64,000 bases of DNA from an uncultured Rhabdochlamydiaceae bacterium (GCA_963712275.1 CAVQHD010000001.1:1632001-1696000), one strand, 5' to 3'. Shown: positions 11,676-21,839, counted from the first letter of the stretch. The notes: generated from the letters alone by a model not told the origin. Translations and numbers: made by a program.

Positions 11676-12557
11676 TTACTCTTTATAAGAATCTGTGACT
11701 ATACCCATAGAATCCTGTGGCTCAAGAACCAATTGAGAATGAGCAGCTTTCAGCCTTTTTTTAACTTTTTTGATCGGCTCAGCAGAGGGAATGTTTTCAG
11801 GTAAGGTACCATTGATCTCTTCAATTACTGCGCGCACCTTCTTTCCCACCATCTCATGGGTTTCCATGGCATCTCTTTGGTTTTTAATACGCTCATTTTT
11901 AAGCTTGTCCCTAGTTTGAGTCATGCGAAATAAGTTCGCAGCAAGTTCGGTCGTGTCCATACGGTCCATAAGCTGCTCTTTTGGTAAGATTCCTTTGCGT
12001 GCTTTAATTGCATCTACTCCTAGACCGCCATAGAGTCCTTTATAGCCCGCGTCATGAAACATACCAAACATCTTATCTTGTACCCCAGCTTCGCGAGCCG
12101 CACCGGATAAAGCTTTGAATTCCACTGAAGCCTGGTGCCGTGTCTCTATTCTCTCGAGATCCGCAGCCATTTGATCTGAGATTTCTTGACGTCGGGTTTG
12201 GATCGCAAAATATTTCTGCGCCTGAGCGATTTCTGGTTTTCTTGAGTCCCCATTTTGGGCGATCAGGTAGCAGGCAAAGCGGGAGAGGTGCCAGTCTTCA
12301 ATTTCACGATCTGTCTGACTGCCGATTTCGACCATTTTAGCGGCGCTGCTAAAATGGTTCTGTGGGCTATTTCCAGATTGCCTACAAGATTCCATGGCTT
12401 TTTTGATCGCGGGAGTAAACCGTTGCCATGTGGAGTAGCCTAGACACGACTGAAGCTCCCTCGCGCTCCAATACTCTACACCATGCCGATTGTGTTTTTT
12501 CAGAGACTCAAAAGGCAAATCCGATTCTACAGGCAAAGAATCGTCAAATTTATCCAT
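11676..12557 (-). CDS. dinD: DNA damage-inducible protein D (BRO-N-like)
   Basis: EYWSARELQ, LSRFACYLIAQNGDSRK, AQKYFAIQTRRQE and ELAANLFRMTQT motifs. Confidence 0.9.
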   Translation of the reverse strand: MDKFDDSLPVESDLPFESLKKHNRHGVEYWSARELQSCLGYSTWQRFTPAIKKAMESCRQSGNSPQNHFSSAAKMVEIGSQTDREIEDWHLSRFACYLIAQNGDSRKPEIAQAQKYFAIQTRRQEISDQMAADLERIETRHQASVEFKALSGAAREAGVQDKMFGMFHDAGYKGLYGGLGVDAIKARKGILPKEQLMDRMDTTELAANLFRMTQTRDKLKNERIKNQRDAMETHEMVGKKVRAVIEEINGTLPENIPSAEPIKKVKKRLKAAHSQLVLEPQDSMGIVTDSYKE

Positions 12558-12704
12558 GTTTGTGATCTCCAGTCTTTCTCAATTCAGAGTGGCAGAAAAA
12601 ATTTTAACCCATTTATGGAATTTTAACAAATTAAAAGTTTTAGCCAGGACCTCGGGCTCTTATACCCAAACAACTTGAAAAAGATCTGAAAATATCCGTT
12701 CTCA

Positions 12705-12731
12705 ATTGAGAAGTTATTTATTTACGGGCCC
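12705..12731. repeat. Solo terminal repeat of the element A family
   Basis: ATTGAGAAGTTATTTATTTACGGGCCC matches 10053-10079 at 26/27 and is followed by TA. Confidence 0.85.
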
Positions 12732-13628
12732 TAAATTGTCCTCAGCAAGGGCTAGCCTAATTGCTTTTTCACAGCTCAAACAGGCATGAGGAAAAAGCAG
12801 CTGAATTTCTCGATCTTGAACCGTGGATTCCACTTTTAAACTCTCGACCAATGAAGCGGCAAGGGAAAAATTCACTTTTGTGACAAGATAAAGCCAATAA
12901 GAAGAGAGATGGGGAGTGAGAATGGGAATGGTCAAAATCCATCGTCTTAGACCTCGGAGTGTTGCATAAAGGAGCAGCATTTCCTTAAAGGTCATGATAT
13001 TGGGCCCTCCAATCTCAAATGTCTTATTGAATGCGAGCGGCTGATGGAGAAGCTTGACAAGGTAATACAGGACATCGGATATGGCGATTGGTTGGCAACG
13101 GGTATTCAGCCAGCGAGGAGCGATCATAATGGGAAGCTTTTCGACTAAATCGCGAATGATTTTAAAAGAAGCGCTTCCTGCGCCGATAATGATGCTCGCC
13201 CTGATGGTTGTAATATTCGATGTTGAAGTTTTCAGTAACTCTTCAATATGCAGACGGGAACGGAAGTGTTCTGAGAGAAAAGTTCCCCTGTGCAAACCGC
13301 TTAAATAGATAATCTGTTTTACCTTAGTTTTTTCTACGAGCGCAAGGAAATTATTACAAGATTTCTCTTCGAGTTCGCTGAAACGCTTTGGATCATCAGC
13401 CATTGAATGTACGAGATAATAAGCGGCGTCTATGTTGTCCAACACTGGAAGTGACGATTTATCTAAGAGATCGCCTTGCAGAAAAGTGACTTGGGTTCCA
13501 AATTTTGAAGAGATTGGTAGATTTTTACCATGCCGGATCAGGACATAGACATGGTGTCCCTCCTCAAGAAGGCAAGGTAATAAATGACTTCCAATGTAGC
13601 CCGATGCACCTGTAAGTAAGATTTTCAT
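12714..13628 (-). CDS. Atypical SDR / NAD(P)H-binding protein (YbjT-like)
   Basis: ILLTGASGYIG, AYYLVHSM and IIIGAGSASF motifs. Likely start ATG 13628 (track: 13712). Ends LGPVNK inside the repeat. Confidence 0.85.
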   Translation of the reverse strand: MKILLTGASGYIGSHLLPCLLEEGHHVYVLIRHGKNLPISSKFGTQVTFLQGDLLDKSSLPVLDNIDAAYYLVHSMADDPKRFSELEEKSCNNFLALVEKTKVKQIIYLSGLHRGTFLSEHFRSRLHIEELLKTSTSNITTIRASIIIGAGSASFKIIRDLVEKLPIMIAPRWLNTRCQPIAISDVLYYLVKLLHQPLAFNKTFEIGGPNIMTFKEMLLLYATLRGLRRWILTIPILTPHLSSYWLYLVTKVNFSLAASLVESLKVESTVQDREIQLLFPHACLSCEKAIRLALAEDNLGPVNK

Positions 13629-13893
13629 ATCAAATCGATTTTCTTTCAGATATATCACGAATAAAAAGTAAAAGAAATCGTGAAGTAAAAAAAGGCGGGA
13701 CCAACTCGTCAAATTTTCTTTTTTGCTCCACTCACGACAGGTTGAAAAAATCCACGACAGTCTGCATTCTTTACCAAAATTCAGAGGAAAATATGAGAGT
13801 TTGAGCAGTTATTGCTTATTTGTGTGCTGCGTCCTTTTCGTTATGCGGATGTCCAATATTTTGATCCAAACGTGCGTATCTTCGAAGAGCTTG

Positions 13894-14310
13894 TTATAGA
13901 AGCATTGCTGGTTGCACGAGTAATGAATGCACTGTCGCACCAACATCAGCAATGGGACAGTGAAGACAGGTAACATCAGGATGATGATAGAATGCATTTG
14001 TCTGAGGCCCAAGCTCAAATGCCAAGGGGTCTTCGCTATGAAGAAAGACCCTTTTTCCTCTTGCAATTGCAAACCCCAACTCGAGATGAGTCCCATTCCC
14101 TCCCGGAAGAAGAACAACAACAAAATCGGCTTTCGAAATGCCGTCTAGTTCAAGCACAGCCACCTCTCTTAGGCGCTCTTTGCTAACCGACTTCACACTT
14201 CCATGAAAAGTCCAATCATATAAAATTTCATGACCCCACATTCTTAGAGCATCCCTCACCATATGATGGGCCGTCACTCTCGAAAGTGATGTGGCAATAT
14301 AGTATTTCAT
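13894..14310 (-). CDS. Nucleoside 2-deoxyribosyltransferase-like protein
   Basis: MKYYIA, ADFVVVLLPGGNGTHLELGFA motifs. Confidence 0.7.
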   Translation of the reverse strand: MKYYIATSLSRVTAHHMVRDALRMWGHEILYDWTFHGSVKSVSKERLREVAVLELDGISKADFVVVLLPGGNGTHLELGFAIARGKRVFLHSEDPLAFELGPQTNAFYHHPDVTCLHCPIADVGATVHSLLVQPAMLL

Positions 14311-14368
14311 CAGATTTTTTTTGAGCTTACAACAAACAAGTTAATCTATCAATCATTTAAACTTCTGC

Positions 14369-15010
14369 TTATGTTAATTTAATTTTCCGTTCTGAAAGAA
14401 TGTGCTCTACCTGTTTGCGCTTGTCTCGATGGATAGCGGCGCAGTTTTTCCGAAACTCAAAAAGCGCAACTTCGGGGAAGCGGATATAGAGCTCAAGTCG
14501 TTTCATGACATCTCTCCCGCCTGAACGTCCATTTTCGATAGAGACGAGCGTTTTTGTTCCAATGGCAAATCCGATGGCAAATTCTCGTGTTGTTAATCCA
14601 AGTTCTTGGCGAAAGACTTTCAATTCTTTCATTCCCAAGGGGTTTTGCTTTTTTCGCTCAAAAATAAAGGAAGAAGGACCTCTTTTTCCAATGGTAGTAA
14701 GCAAAATAAAAGGATCTTGTTCAGTTATGTCAATGTTTTCTGCTGCACAATATTCTTGATATGCAGGATTTTCCCGCGAAGGGAGTCGATCGATAAATGG
14801 CTCAAAAAGAGTGGGCGATGTGAACTTTCTTGGACTTAACGGCAACTCTGGCCCCAAGGGAATGAGATTCATACGCAAGTAAGCTTTATCATAGAGGAAA
14901 ACATACAGATGCCTTCTAAAATTATACGTTAATTCGCCAACGAATTTGCGGCTTTTTCTTTGCTCCAAGTAGACGAGCACAGAGGGCACTTTACCAGTTG
15001 GAGTATGCAT
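14369..15010 (-). CDS. HipA N-terminal (HipS-like) domain fused to a C-terminal XRE HTH; candidate antitoxin
   Basis: VGEL..YVFLYD..Y..L.LPL..F..RLP pattern, then FRQELGLTTREFAIGFAIGTKTLVSIENG. Confidence 0.75.
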   Translation of the reverse strand: MHTPTGKVPSVLVYLEQRKSRKFVGELTYNFRRHLYVFLYDKAYLRMNLIPLGPELPLSPRKFTSPTLFEPFIDRLPSRENPAYQEYCAAENIDITEQDPFILLTTIGKRGPSSFIFERKKQNPLGMKELKVFRQELGLTTREFAIGFAIGTKTLVSIENGRSGGRDVMKRLELYIRFPEVALFEFRKNCAAIHRDKRKQVEHILSERKIKLT

Positions 15011-15902
15011 CGGTCACCTCTTTAAGCTCGTGGTATCTTCTGTGTAGCAGGTTAGAAAATGCAGCTTTCCTCGTGGGAGAAATAAAACTTCTGCTTACTA
15101 AATCGACGATCTCTTGGAGTGCAATTGAGAGATAGAATTGTGCGACGAGCTCTTCATATCCCATCTCGCAAAAATCAAGAGCATATTCGCGCATTTTCGG
15201 TTCTTGAGAGCGAGAGGAATGAATTTTTCCACATGGTTCTAATACTGCCTTTAAAAAACTCTCTTCCTCAATTCCCAAACAAGAAGGATTGTCGTAGGTA
15301 GGAGATAACATTTTACCCTGAGCCGTCTGGATCAGCGCCAAATTTCTGCCATGTCGATCGTGGTTGCCTATGAAAACATCAAAGAGACACAGCTTAATGA
15401 ATTGTTCAATATCCGCCGCTTTTCCCGTGTGATCGGAAATCACTTTTAAAATTGTCTCTAAATCAAACGGTTGTTCTCCCAAGAATCGGTACAAGTGCAC
15501 CAAGTCAGCTCCCGGGTATTTTTCCATGAAGTTTTTGGAAATAAAGGCTGGTTCTTCCTCTAATCGGATGAAATAAAAATCAGGGACGTTCACACCTAGT
15601 CTTTTTGCGATTTGATTGCATAAAAACTCCATCGCTGGAAGATCGGGAAAAGACGGTTGCCGTACTTTAATGATGTAACTAGATCCGCCTAATTTAGCGG
15701 AATATTTCCTGAATTTTCCATGAAAAAAACTGGAGTTGATTTCGGCTTTTGGATCATTGCTATTGCCGGAGGTTTTCATAGTTAGCTGAAAAGGAGTATG
15801 CAGACCATCCACTCCAAACCAATTACGAAAACACTCTTGATGCAGGCCGTGAGTACTTTCTTTTCCTAACGCCAGTAAACAGTTAAAACAACGCTCCTCC
15901 AT
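14991..15902 (-). CDS. HipA-family (HipT-like) kinase lacking the N-terminal subdomain
   Basis: YIIK, IGNHDRHGRNL and LSPTYD motifs; N-terminal CxxC...HxxC. Likely start ATG 15902 (track: 15959). Confidence 0.85.
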   Translation of the reverse strand: MEERCFNCLLALGKESTHGLHQECFRNWFGVDGLHTPFQLTMKTSGNSNDPKAEINSSFFHGKFRKYSAKLGGSSYIIKVRQPSFPDLPAMEFLCNQIAKRLGVNVPDFYFIRLEEEPAFISKNFMEKYPGADLVHLYRFLGEQPFDLETILKVISDHTGKAADIEQFIKLCLFDVFIGNHDRHGRNLALIQTAQGKMLSPTYDNPSCLGIEEESFLKAVLEPCGKIHSSRSQEPKMREYALDFCEMGYEELVAQFYLSIALQEIVDLVSRSFISPTRKAAFSNLLHRRYHELKEVTDAYSNW

Positions 15903-15909
15903 AAATATA

Positions 15910-15949
15910 ACCTTGACTTCAAGGTATACCATTCCTGAGTTGGTGTCAA
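15910..15949 (-). promoter_or_regulatory. Sigma70-type promoter with overlapping palindromic operator for the hip module
   Basis: TTGACA-17-TACCTT on the minus strand; inverted repeat ACCTTGA-N2-TCAAGGT at 15910-15925. Confidence 0.6.
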
Positions 15950-16135
15950 TAGGAATCAATATTTAACATGATTAAGTATTTGACAAACAGTACGATACAT
16001 GTGGTTTCATGTTACACCATCCTCTCCATGGTGTAATCTTACATCTAGAAACTATTCAAAAGTTCCCTGAAACAGCAGCCCTTGTTTGAATCTTAACCAA
16101 GCATGCTTTAGGCTCTCTTTTTTAGAGGAGATCTT

Positions 16136-16465
16136 ATGTTTGCCGTCGTTTATCAAGGCTATGTGAAGGCTGGCCAAGAAGCAGAGTATCAGGAAGCCTG
16201 GAACAAAGTGGCTCGGTATTTTGTTGAAAAACGAGGAGCCATTGGTTCCTGTCTTCATCGAGGATCTGATGGATTGTGGCTAGCTTATTCTAGATGGCCT
16301 GATAAAAAGACGCGAGATGCTTCTTGGCCAGGAGACAGTGCACCATCTAGCGAACTACCAGCGGAAATTCGCGACGCAATTCTAACAATCAAAAATTGCC
16401 TCGATCAGGATCGAAAACTGCCTGATATCTGTATGGAAGTTGTTACCGATTTGTTGCTTAAATAA
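16136..16465 (+). CDS. Antibiotic biosynthesis monooxygenase (ABM)-like protein
   Basis: FAVVYQGYVKAGQEAEYQEAW...GSCLH...AYSRW; GAGGAG RBS. Confidence 0.75.
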   Translation: MFAVVYQGYVKAGQEAEYQEAWNKVARYFVEKRGAIGSCLHRGSDGLWLAYSRWPDKKTRDASWPGDSAPSSELPAEIRDAILTIKNCLDQDRKLPDICMEVVTDLLLK

Positions 16466-16533
16466 CTGAATCCGTTCACACCCTCTTTACCTCTAAAAAT
16501 TGTCGGTTTTTATTTGCTCAGCAATGCCACCTT

Positions 16534-17547
16534 TTGATATCATTCTTACTTAAGAAATTGCTTTGGATGTGTATGAACCAACAAACTGAAATTCCTAAAG
16601 AACTTAAGCGTTGGAACTGGGGGGCTTTTTTGCTAAGCCATATCTGGTGTATTCGTCATGGCGTTTGGCAAGGTTTGCTGCTTTTGTTGATTCCCTTCTT
16701 TGGACCATTATTAGTTCCGTTTTGGCTGGGTGCAAATGGAAATCAAAAAGCTTGGCTTAAGAGTCGTCGTGAACCTGTAGAGATTTTTCTAAAACGCCAA
16801 AAGCGTTGGGGTATCGCAGGATTCATTTTTTGGGTAGGCGGTGTAGTCGCCTTTTGCGGACTCCTTTTCTGGGCTCTCAATTACTCAGCTGATTTAAAAA
16901 TGGGCTTAGAAACTGCGAACTCGAACAAACGGTTGATTGAATATTTTGGGAAGCCTATTCGAAAATATTCATTTTTTGAAGGTTCCATCGCAGACGGCGA
17001 TAGTTTAGACGCTTCAGTCCTCTCCCTAGCTTTTAATGCAATCGGCTCCAAAAATAAAGGTCACCTACGTTTGCAATGGAAAAAAAGAGGCGGAGATTGG
17101 GTTGCCACTGAAATTACCTTTGCAGATTCGGAAGGAACGACTCACCAACTTGTTGATTCACCAACAATCGAAGGCTCCTTTTTCTCAAGAAAACCTTATG
17201 AAAGAACCGTGCTAGAAGACGCTCTAACTCGTATGATTCAAGAAAGAGACGGGTATGTCATTTTGTTGCGCTCAAAAAAAAACAATGACTTCATACAAAC
17301 AGCGATCGAAACCTTAGATGATGGCAATATTGTCTTTTCTGTCGTTTATAGTGATGGGTACACAAAGTGGAATAAAAAACTTTATCAATCTAAGAATCTT
17401 ATCAATAAAGACGAAGTTATCAAGCTTTTTACACTTTATGCAAGTGGGAATGATACGCATATTAACTTAATCGAATGGGATAAGCTAAATTCAGTCAAGC
17501 CCCATGGAGAACATTCAGCTTTTTTCACTTTCGGCGAATCTCTCTAG
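16534..17547 (+). CDS. Membrane protein with an N-terminal WNWGAF domain and a Coa1-like middle domain
   Basis: RWNWGAFLLSHIW, hydrophobic helices, then N..L..YFG.PI...A.G.K.KG pattern. The start may be ATG 16573. Confidence 0.6.
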   Translation: MISFLLKKLLWMCMNQQTEIPKELKRWNWGAFLLSHIWCIRHGVWQGLLLLLIPFFGPLLVPFWLGANGNQKAWLKSRREPVEIFLKRQKRWGIAGFIFWVGGVVAFCGLLFWALNYSADLKMGLETANSNKRLIEYFGKPIRKYSFFEGSIADGDSLDASVLSLAFNAIGSKNKGHLRLQWKKRGGDWVATEITFADSEGTTHQLVDSPTIEGSFFSRKPYERTVLEDALTRMIQERDGYVILLRSKKNNDFIQTAIETLDDGNIVFSVVYSDGYTKWNKKLYQSKNLINKDEVIKLFTLYASGNDTHINLIEWDKLNSVKPHGEHSAFFTFGESL

Positions 17548-17717
17548 GTCTGTCTCAAGGAGGTGGAAGCATCTGTCCATGAAGGGGCAAGGATCGAAGA
17601 AACCCGCTTACAATCAGTTAAGCTCAAAAGAAAGGCAGGAAGTTCCCTGACTGGAAAAGGCTTCGCCATTTTTGCAGATAATTCATCATTGAATCAAAAT
17701 AGCAATTAAAGCATACT

Positions 17718-19568
17718 ATGCTTAGTTTAAATTTTACATCAATGCAAATTACAAAAATCGAAAAAGATCCTATCTATTATCATCGTGAATTTACGCATGA
17801 TCTTGGAGAACCGCTAAAAAGCCCTTCATGGCTCGATCATGGACAGCGCATTGCAATGGCTGCCCTTCCTCTTCTAAGTCAATATAAGCCCTTAGGCTTT
17901 ATGATATCCTCAACAATGGGAACGGTTCGTCTTTGGACCTGTGCCGCACAGCTCATTGAGCACTTGCGTGAAGGAAAATCGAAAGAAGCCTCCTATGATG
18001 CTTTACAAACAATCATTGCGACCCTTTCATTGGCCGGATCGGTTTTTGCCCACCCTGTTGGAATGATCGTAACAACGAGTCAGGACCTGATGATTGAGGT
18101 TTCTAACCTTATCACACATTTGCAAATGAAAGATTATCCGAAAGCGCTTGAAAGTTGCTCCAATATCATTAACAATTCTCTTTATCTCGCTTTAATGACT
18201 CAGGGAGGAGTTGAACTGGGGCTAGCGTCCCTTGCCTTTCAAATAATGATCGGGCTTTACAAATCTCAAACAGAAGTAAGAGACGGAAAATGTATGGAAG
18301 GCGCCGCTCGCCTCTTACTGACCTGCCTGCACTGTTATCAGCTAAAAGAACAAGTCAAAATACTTCAATTTAAATGGCTTTTACAGAAGCAGCTGCAGAA
18401 AATTCGGTCAGAACCAATTGACTCCAAGCTTGAAGACGCAAAAGAAGGTTCTATTGTCCGGCAGGACGCCTCTGCTAAAATCCCCTGTAAGACAATATGG
18501 CCTTCCACTCTGCAGATGGCTTGGGATCAATTACAACTTTCAGGAGAACAAATACAGCAGCTGCAAAAAGCAATCGAAGCGACCTATCCAGAATTAGGAT
18601 GTACAGGCCGGATTGTTAAGAAAGGAGTCTTTTCTCATAACGGAACTTCATTCCCCCTTCCTCGAACGATTGTTTTTCTAGAAAACGGAGAGGTTCTCAT
18701 TTCCCTCAAAGACCTGCCTTTGATAGGAAAAGGAGGAGAAAGAGTTGTGAAGCCTGCCTATGGAGCCCTTTCAGGGAAAATGCTAGCGAAAAAACATGTG
18801 CAAAATGACACCCCAGAGTTCAGAATCTTTCAACACTTTTATAAACACCCTGAGCTAGGCATTGTTAAAACGGTAGGATTTTACGGGAAAAACGTTGTAC
18901 AAGAAAAATATAGCGGAAACCTTCAGCAGCTCCTTAGTTCGCAAAGCCCCCTTTCCTCCCAGGCCAAAACAAACCTGTGCTACCAACTTTTGCACGGATT
19001 ATCAGCTTTGCACCGCCTCCCGCTTAGCAGCACTGTCAAAGACGGCCTCTTCCATAACGATATTTCCACGGTCAATATCCTGTTTAAAGAAGGGAATCAG
19101 ATCGAAGTTGCCCTTGATGACTTTGGCCAATCGGGAAAGCTTGGTATCCCTAATGGCAAGGATTGGTATTTTGCACCCGAAGTAGCGGCTCTGAAAAAGC
19201 AACTAGCAGAAGGTGTTGCTTATTCACCGGAGCAATTGAAAGTTTTCAATGAAACCTATGGCAAGCAACGAGATATTTGGGCCTTGGGTCTTGTCTTAGC
19301 AGATATTATGAAGTCTGGAGCTGCTGTTCGAAGCGGCGATTGCGTTGGATTGAAGTGTGTGAGCAACCTTGTAAAAAAAGGAGCTGAAGGCATTCATGCT
19401 CTTTCTACCGAACTAAAACAAGAGCAAATTGATCGAGAAATTCAAGCAGCTCAGAATTCTTTGCCTAATACTCCGTCCGGACAAAGCGAAAAGAAAATGT
19501 GGACTATGATCAATCAAATGCTGCAAATAAACCCTGCTCACCGCCTTTCCTCCATAAAAGATACTTAG
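17718..19568 (+). CDS. Hanks-type Ser/Thr protein kinase with a hydrophobic N-terminal region
   Basis: IGKGGE, LAKK, FHNDISTVNIL, DDFG, FAPE and DIWALG motifs. The start may be ATG 17742. Confidence 0.8.
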   Translation: MLSLNFTSMQITKIEKDPIYYHREFTHDLGEPLKSPSWLDHGQRIAMAALPLLSQYKPLGFMISSTMGTVRLWTCAAQLIEHLREGKSKEASYDALQTIIATLSLAGSVFAHPVGMIVTTSQDLMIEVSNLITHLQMKDYPKALESCSNIINNSLYLALMTQGGVELGLASLAFQIMIGLYKSQTEVRDGKCMEGAARLLLTCLHCYQLKEQVKILQFKWLLQKQLQKIRSEPIDSKLEDAKEGSIVRQDASAKIPCKTIWPSTLQMAWDQLQLSGEQIQQLQKAIEATYPELGCTGRIVKKGVFSHNGTSFPLPRTIVFLENGEVLISLKDLPLIGKGGERVVKPAYGALSGKMLAKKHVQNDTPEFRIFQHFYKHPELGIVKTVGFYGKNVVQEKYSGNLQQLLSSQSPLSSQAKTNLCYQLLHGLSALHRLPLSSTVKDGLFHNDISTVNILFKEGNQIEVALDDFGQSGKLGIPNGKDWYFAPEVAALKKQLAEGVAYSPEQLKVFNETYGKQRDIWALGLVLADIMKSGAAVRSGDCVGLKCVSNLVKKGAEGIHALSTELKQEQIDREIQAAQNSLPNTPSGQSEKKMWTMINQMLQINPAHRLSSIKDT

Positions 19569-21829
19569 GGAGGTGGAAGCACCCAGCGGCTTTGGGAGAT
19601 GGTGGGCGGTCTGCTTTGGACGCCAGCGTCGGACAAGATCGAAGCTGGAATATCTGCTGAAGAAGAAACAAGCTGGTTGTTTTCATAGCTGAGATTGATG
19701 GGATAAGTGGTTCCGTTGTCTATGAAAGGGCACGGATCGAAAAAGCCCGTTCCGATGTAGGGATAAAAGCCTAGAAGCAGATGGTAGAAGTTATTATAAG
19801 TGACAATGTTCGCAGGAATGGGTGTCTCGAGCCAATAATTGCCGTTGTAGTCAATATCGCCGTACGTCACGCATCCTCCGCTATCGCTTCCATAAGGGGC
19901 TCCATTTTGGAGGTAGTAGAGTGGATATTCAGCCAAGAAAGGGTCATTAGGATTGGGCTCGGGGCCATAAAAGGTCACTCCAATCGGGTTGTTATACGAT
20001 GCATTCGATTGCAATTGAATATACCGGCTTCCCCCATCTGTATAAAAAGTATTACTGCCGCCATCTGGCCGTTTTCCGTAAGCGACATTTCCTTCAATGA
20101 GCAGCCCTTGTGAAAGCGATGGCCCTTGCTGCCCTGTAGTATAAATGGCGCCGCCATCCCATAAAACATTGATGAAGTTGACAATTTTGTTTTGAAGAAT
20201 TTGACATCCCAAATTAGGTGTTGGCGAGTCGATTGGACCCCACTCCCCACTGGCGGCATGAAGCAGCCCGGGAAAGCTTCCTACATCCAGTAGTCCCCAG
20301 CCCCAACCGATGGCAATTCCCGACCAAGGGACATTGACGATGGTGTTGTGAATGATCGTCGTCTTTTGCGTAAAACCAACAAAAATGCCGGCAGCATCCA
20401 CGTATTCAACCGCAACCGTATCGATGAGATTGTTGGTGATCAGATTATTATTCAGAATATAACCGGGATTAGTTGGGTGAGAATCCATGGCTGTTGCCGC
20501 TCCAAGCTCGATGGCAGAGGATGAAATATCGGTGAACAGATTGCTATCAATGGTGTTGCTCCTGCTCCCAAGTCCAAATTGCAGGCCTACGCCGCCCAGA
20601 TGTTCAAAAATATTGCCATAGAAGACAATGTTTTTTGCAAATGCAAACGAGAGGTTTCCAGGGGTGGGCACGACATTCTGATCATGGCCTATGAAATTCG
20701 GTGAGTGATTTGAGCCGACCAGAAGCTGGCCGCTTTGATCAGCCACATATCCATCGGAGCTGCTGGCCCCCAGCCAGGTTGCGTAGCTAAACGTGAGTCC
20801 TTCAAAACGGATGTTCTGAATGGGCGCTCCAAGGGTTCCTTGACCAACGATCAAGGTTTCAAGAATCGGCAATTCAACATCTGCAGTACTCATGTCCTCA
20901 TCCGGAAGGGGCATGTAGTATAAGACGCCTCCTGCACTATCTAAATACCACTGGCCAGGCTCCGTGAGAAACTGAAGGGCGTTTTCAAATCGTGTGACTT
21001 GCCAAAAACTCCATTCGCCAGGTTCATTTGTCGATATATCAAAGTAGACGTTTGCATTGGTCCAGGCAGGCTCTTGGAGTGTGATAAGCCCATTATTGGG
21101 AGGGCTATAAGCGGTGATTGTGCTCAGAGGCACTCTCATCATTTTCCATTGGGTCACAATGACAGCCTCAATGTCCTGCCAATTTGTCCATAGATTGGGA
21201 TATTCCCATTCGGGTGGATTTAGGCTGGTGGGGATGAATTCAATTCCTCCGTTTGTCCACATAGGGAGAAATCCAGGAGGATAGGCGGTTGTCTGCGCGC
21301 GCTCTACCCGATTCCCATTGACGTAGAGCTGGCGTGATTTGCAAGGGGCAATTTGGGCCTGATAGATCCCACTAGGCGGATTAGGGAGGCTCCAGCCCGT
21401 CACTTGAATCGCTCCGGAAATCACAGGACTACTTCCAGGAGCGGCAGAGTAGACGACATCGTGCCCTTTTCGTCCTGAGTCCCTTGAGTCAAGCATCAGA
21501 GGCTGCGCAAGCCGATAGGTCCCTTCTTCGATGTAGACATAAATATCTTGATCTTCAAATGCCGATGATGGCAAAGCGCGAACTGCATCACGCGCTCTCG
21601 CCAGAGTGAGAAAAGGAGCTTGCTCCGTTCCAGGATTATCATCGCTGCCACTGGGTGAAACCCAAAAAGAAATGCACGGCGCTGCAAGGTTGACCGAAGC
21701 TAGCGCCTGTTTTTCTTCACAAATAAAACTGCCGTAAAATTCTGCTAAACGATCGACCGAGAAGGTGTTATTTTGAGCACAAACAGCCAAGGAAGACAGG
21801 CAAAAGATAGCAAAAAGACACCTTCTCAT
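19565..21829 (-). CDS. Secreted right-handed parallel beta-helix (pectin-lyase fold, GH141-like) protein
   Basis: Signal peptide; WVSPSGSDDNPGTEQAPFLTLARARDAVR, RQLYVNG and DGGAIYT motifs; Asn-ladder repeats. Likely start ATG 21829. Confidence 0.8.
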   Translation of the reverse strand: MRRCLFAIFCLSSLAVCAQNNTFSVDRLAEFYGSFICEEKQALASVNLAAPCISFWVSPSGSDDNPGTEQAPFLTLARARDAVRALPSSAFEDQDIYVYIEEGTYRLAQPLMLDSRDSGRKGHDVVYSAAPGSSPVISGAIQVTGWSLPNPPSGIYQAQIAPCKSRQLYVNGNRVERAQTTAYPPGFLPMWTNGGIEFIPTSLNPPEWEYPNLWTNWQDIEAVIVTQWKMMRVPLSTITAYSPPNNGLITLQEPAWTNANVYFDISTNEPGEWSFWQVTRFENALQFLTEPGQWYLDSAGGVLYYMPLPDEDMSTADVELPILETLIVGQGTLGAPIQNIRFEGLTFSYATWLGASSSDGYVADQSGQLLVGSNHSPNFIGHDQNVVPTPGNLSFAFAKNIVFYGNIFEHLGGVGLQFGLGSRSNTIDSNLFTDISSSAIELGAATAMDSHPTNPGYILNNNLITNNLIDTVAVEYVDAAGIFVGFTQKTTIIHNTIVNVPWSGIAIGWGWGLLDVGSFPGLLHAASGEWGPIDSPTPNLGCQILQNKIVNFINVLWDGGAIYTTGQQGPSLSQGLLIEGNVAYGKRPDGGSNTFYTDGGSRYIQLQSNASYNNPIGVTFYGPEPNPNDPFLAEYPLYYLQNGAPYGSDSGGCVTYGDIDYNGNYWLETPIPANIVTYNNFYHLLLGFYPYIGTGFFDPCPFIDNGTTYPINLSYENNQLVSSSADIPASILSDAGVQSRPPTISQSRWVLPPP

Positions 21830-21839
21830 AGAGCCAGAT

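Noticed and set aside
13732..13759. CACGACAG direct repeat
   Set aside because: Two 8-bp copies only; compatible with chance.
16012..16036. 9-bp inverted repeat TTACACCAT/ATGGTGTAA
   Set aside because: It could be an operator or weak hairpin, but nothing links it to a function.
17544..17560. CTAGGTCTGTCTCAA as an IS-like end at a stop codon
   Set aside because: Short, imperfect match to element E and no partner end.
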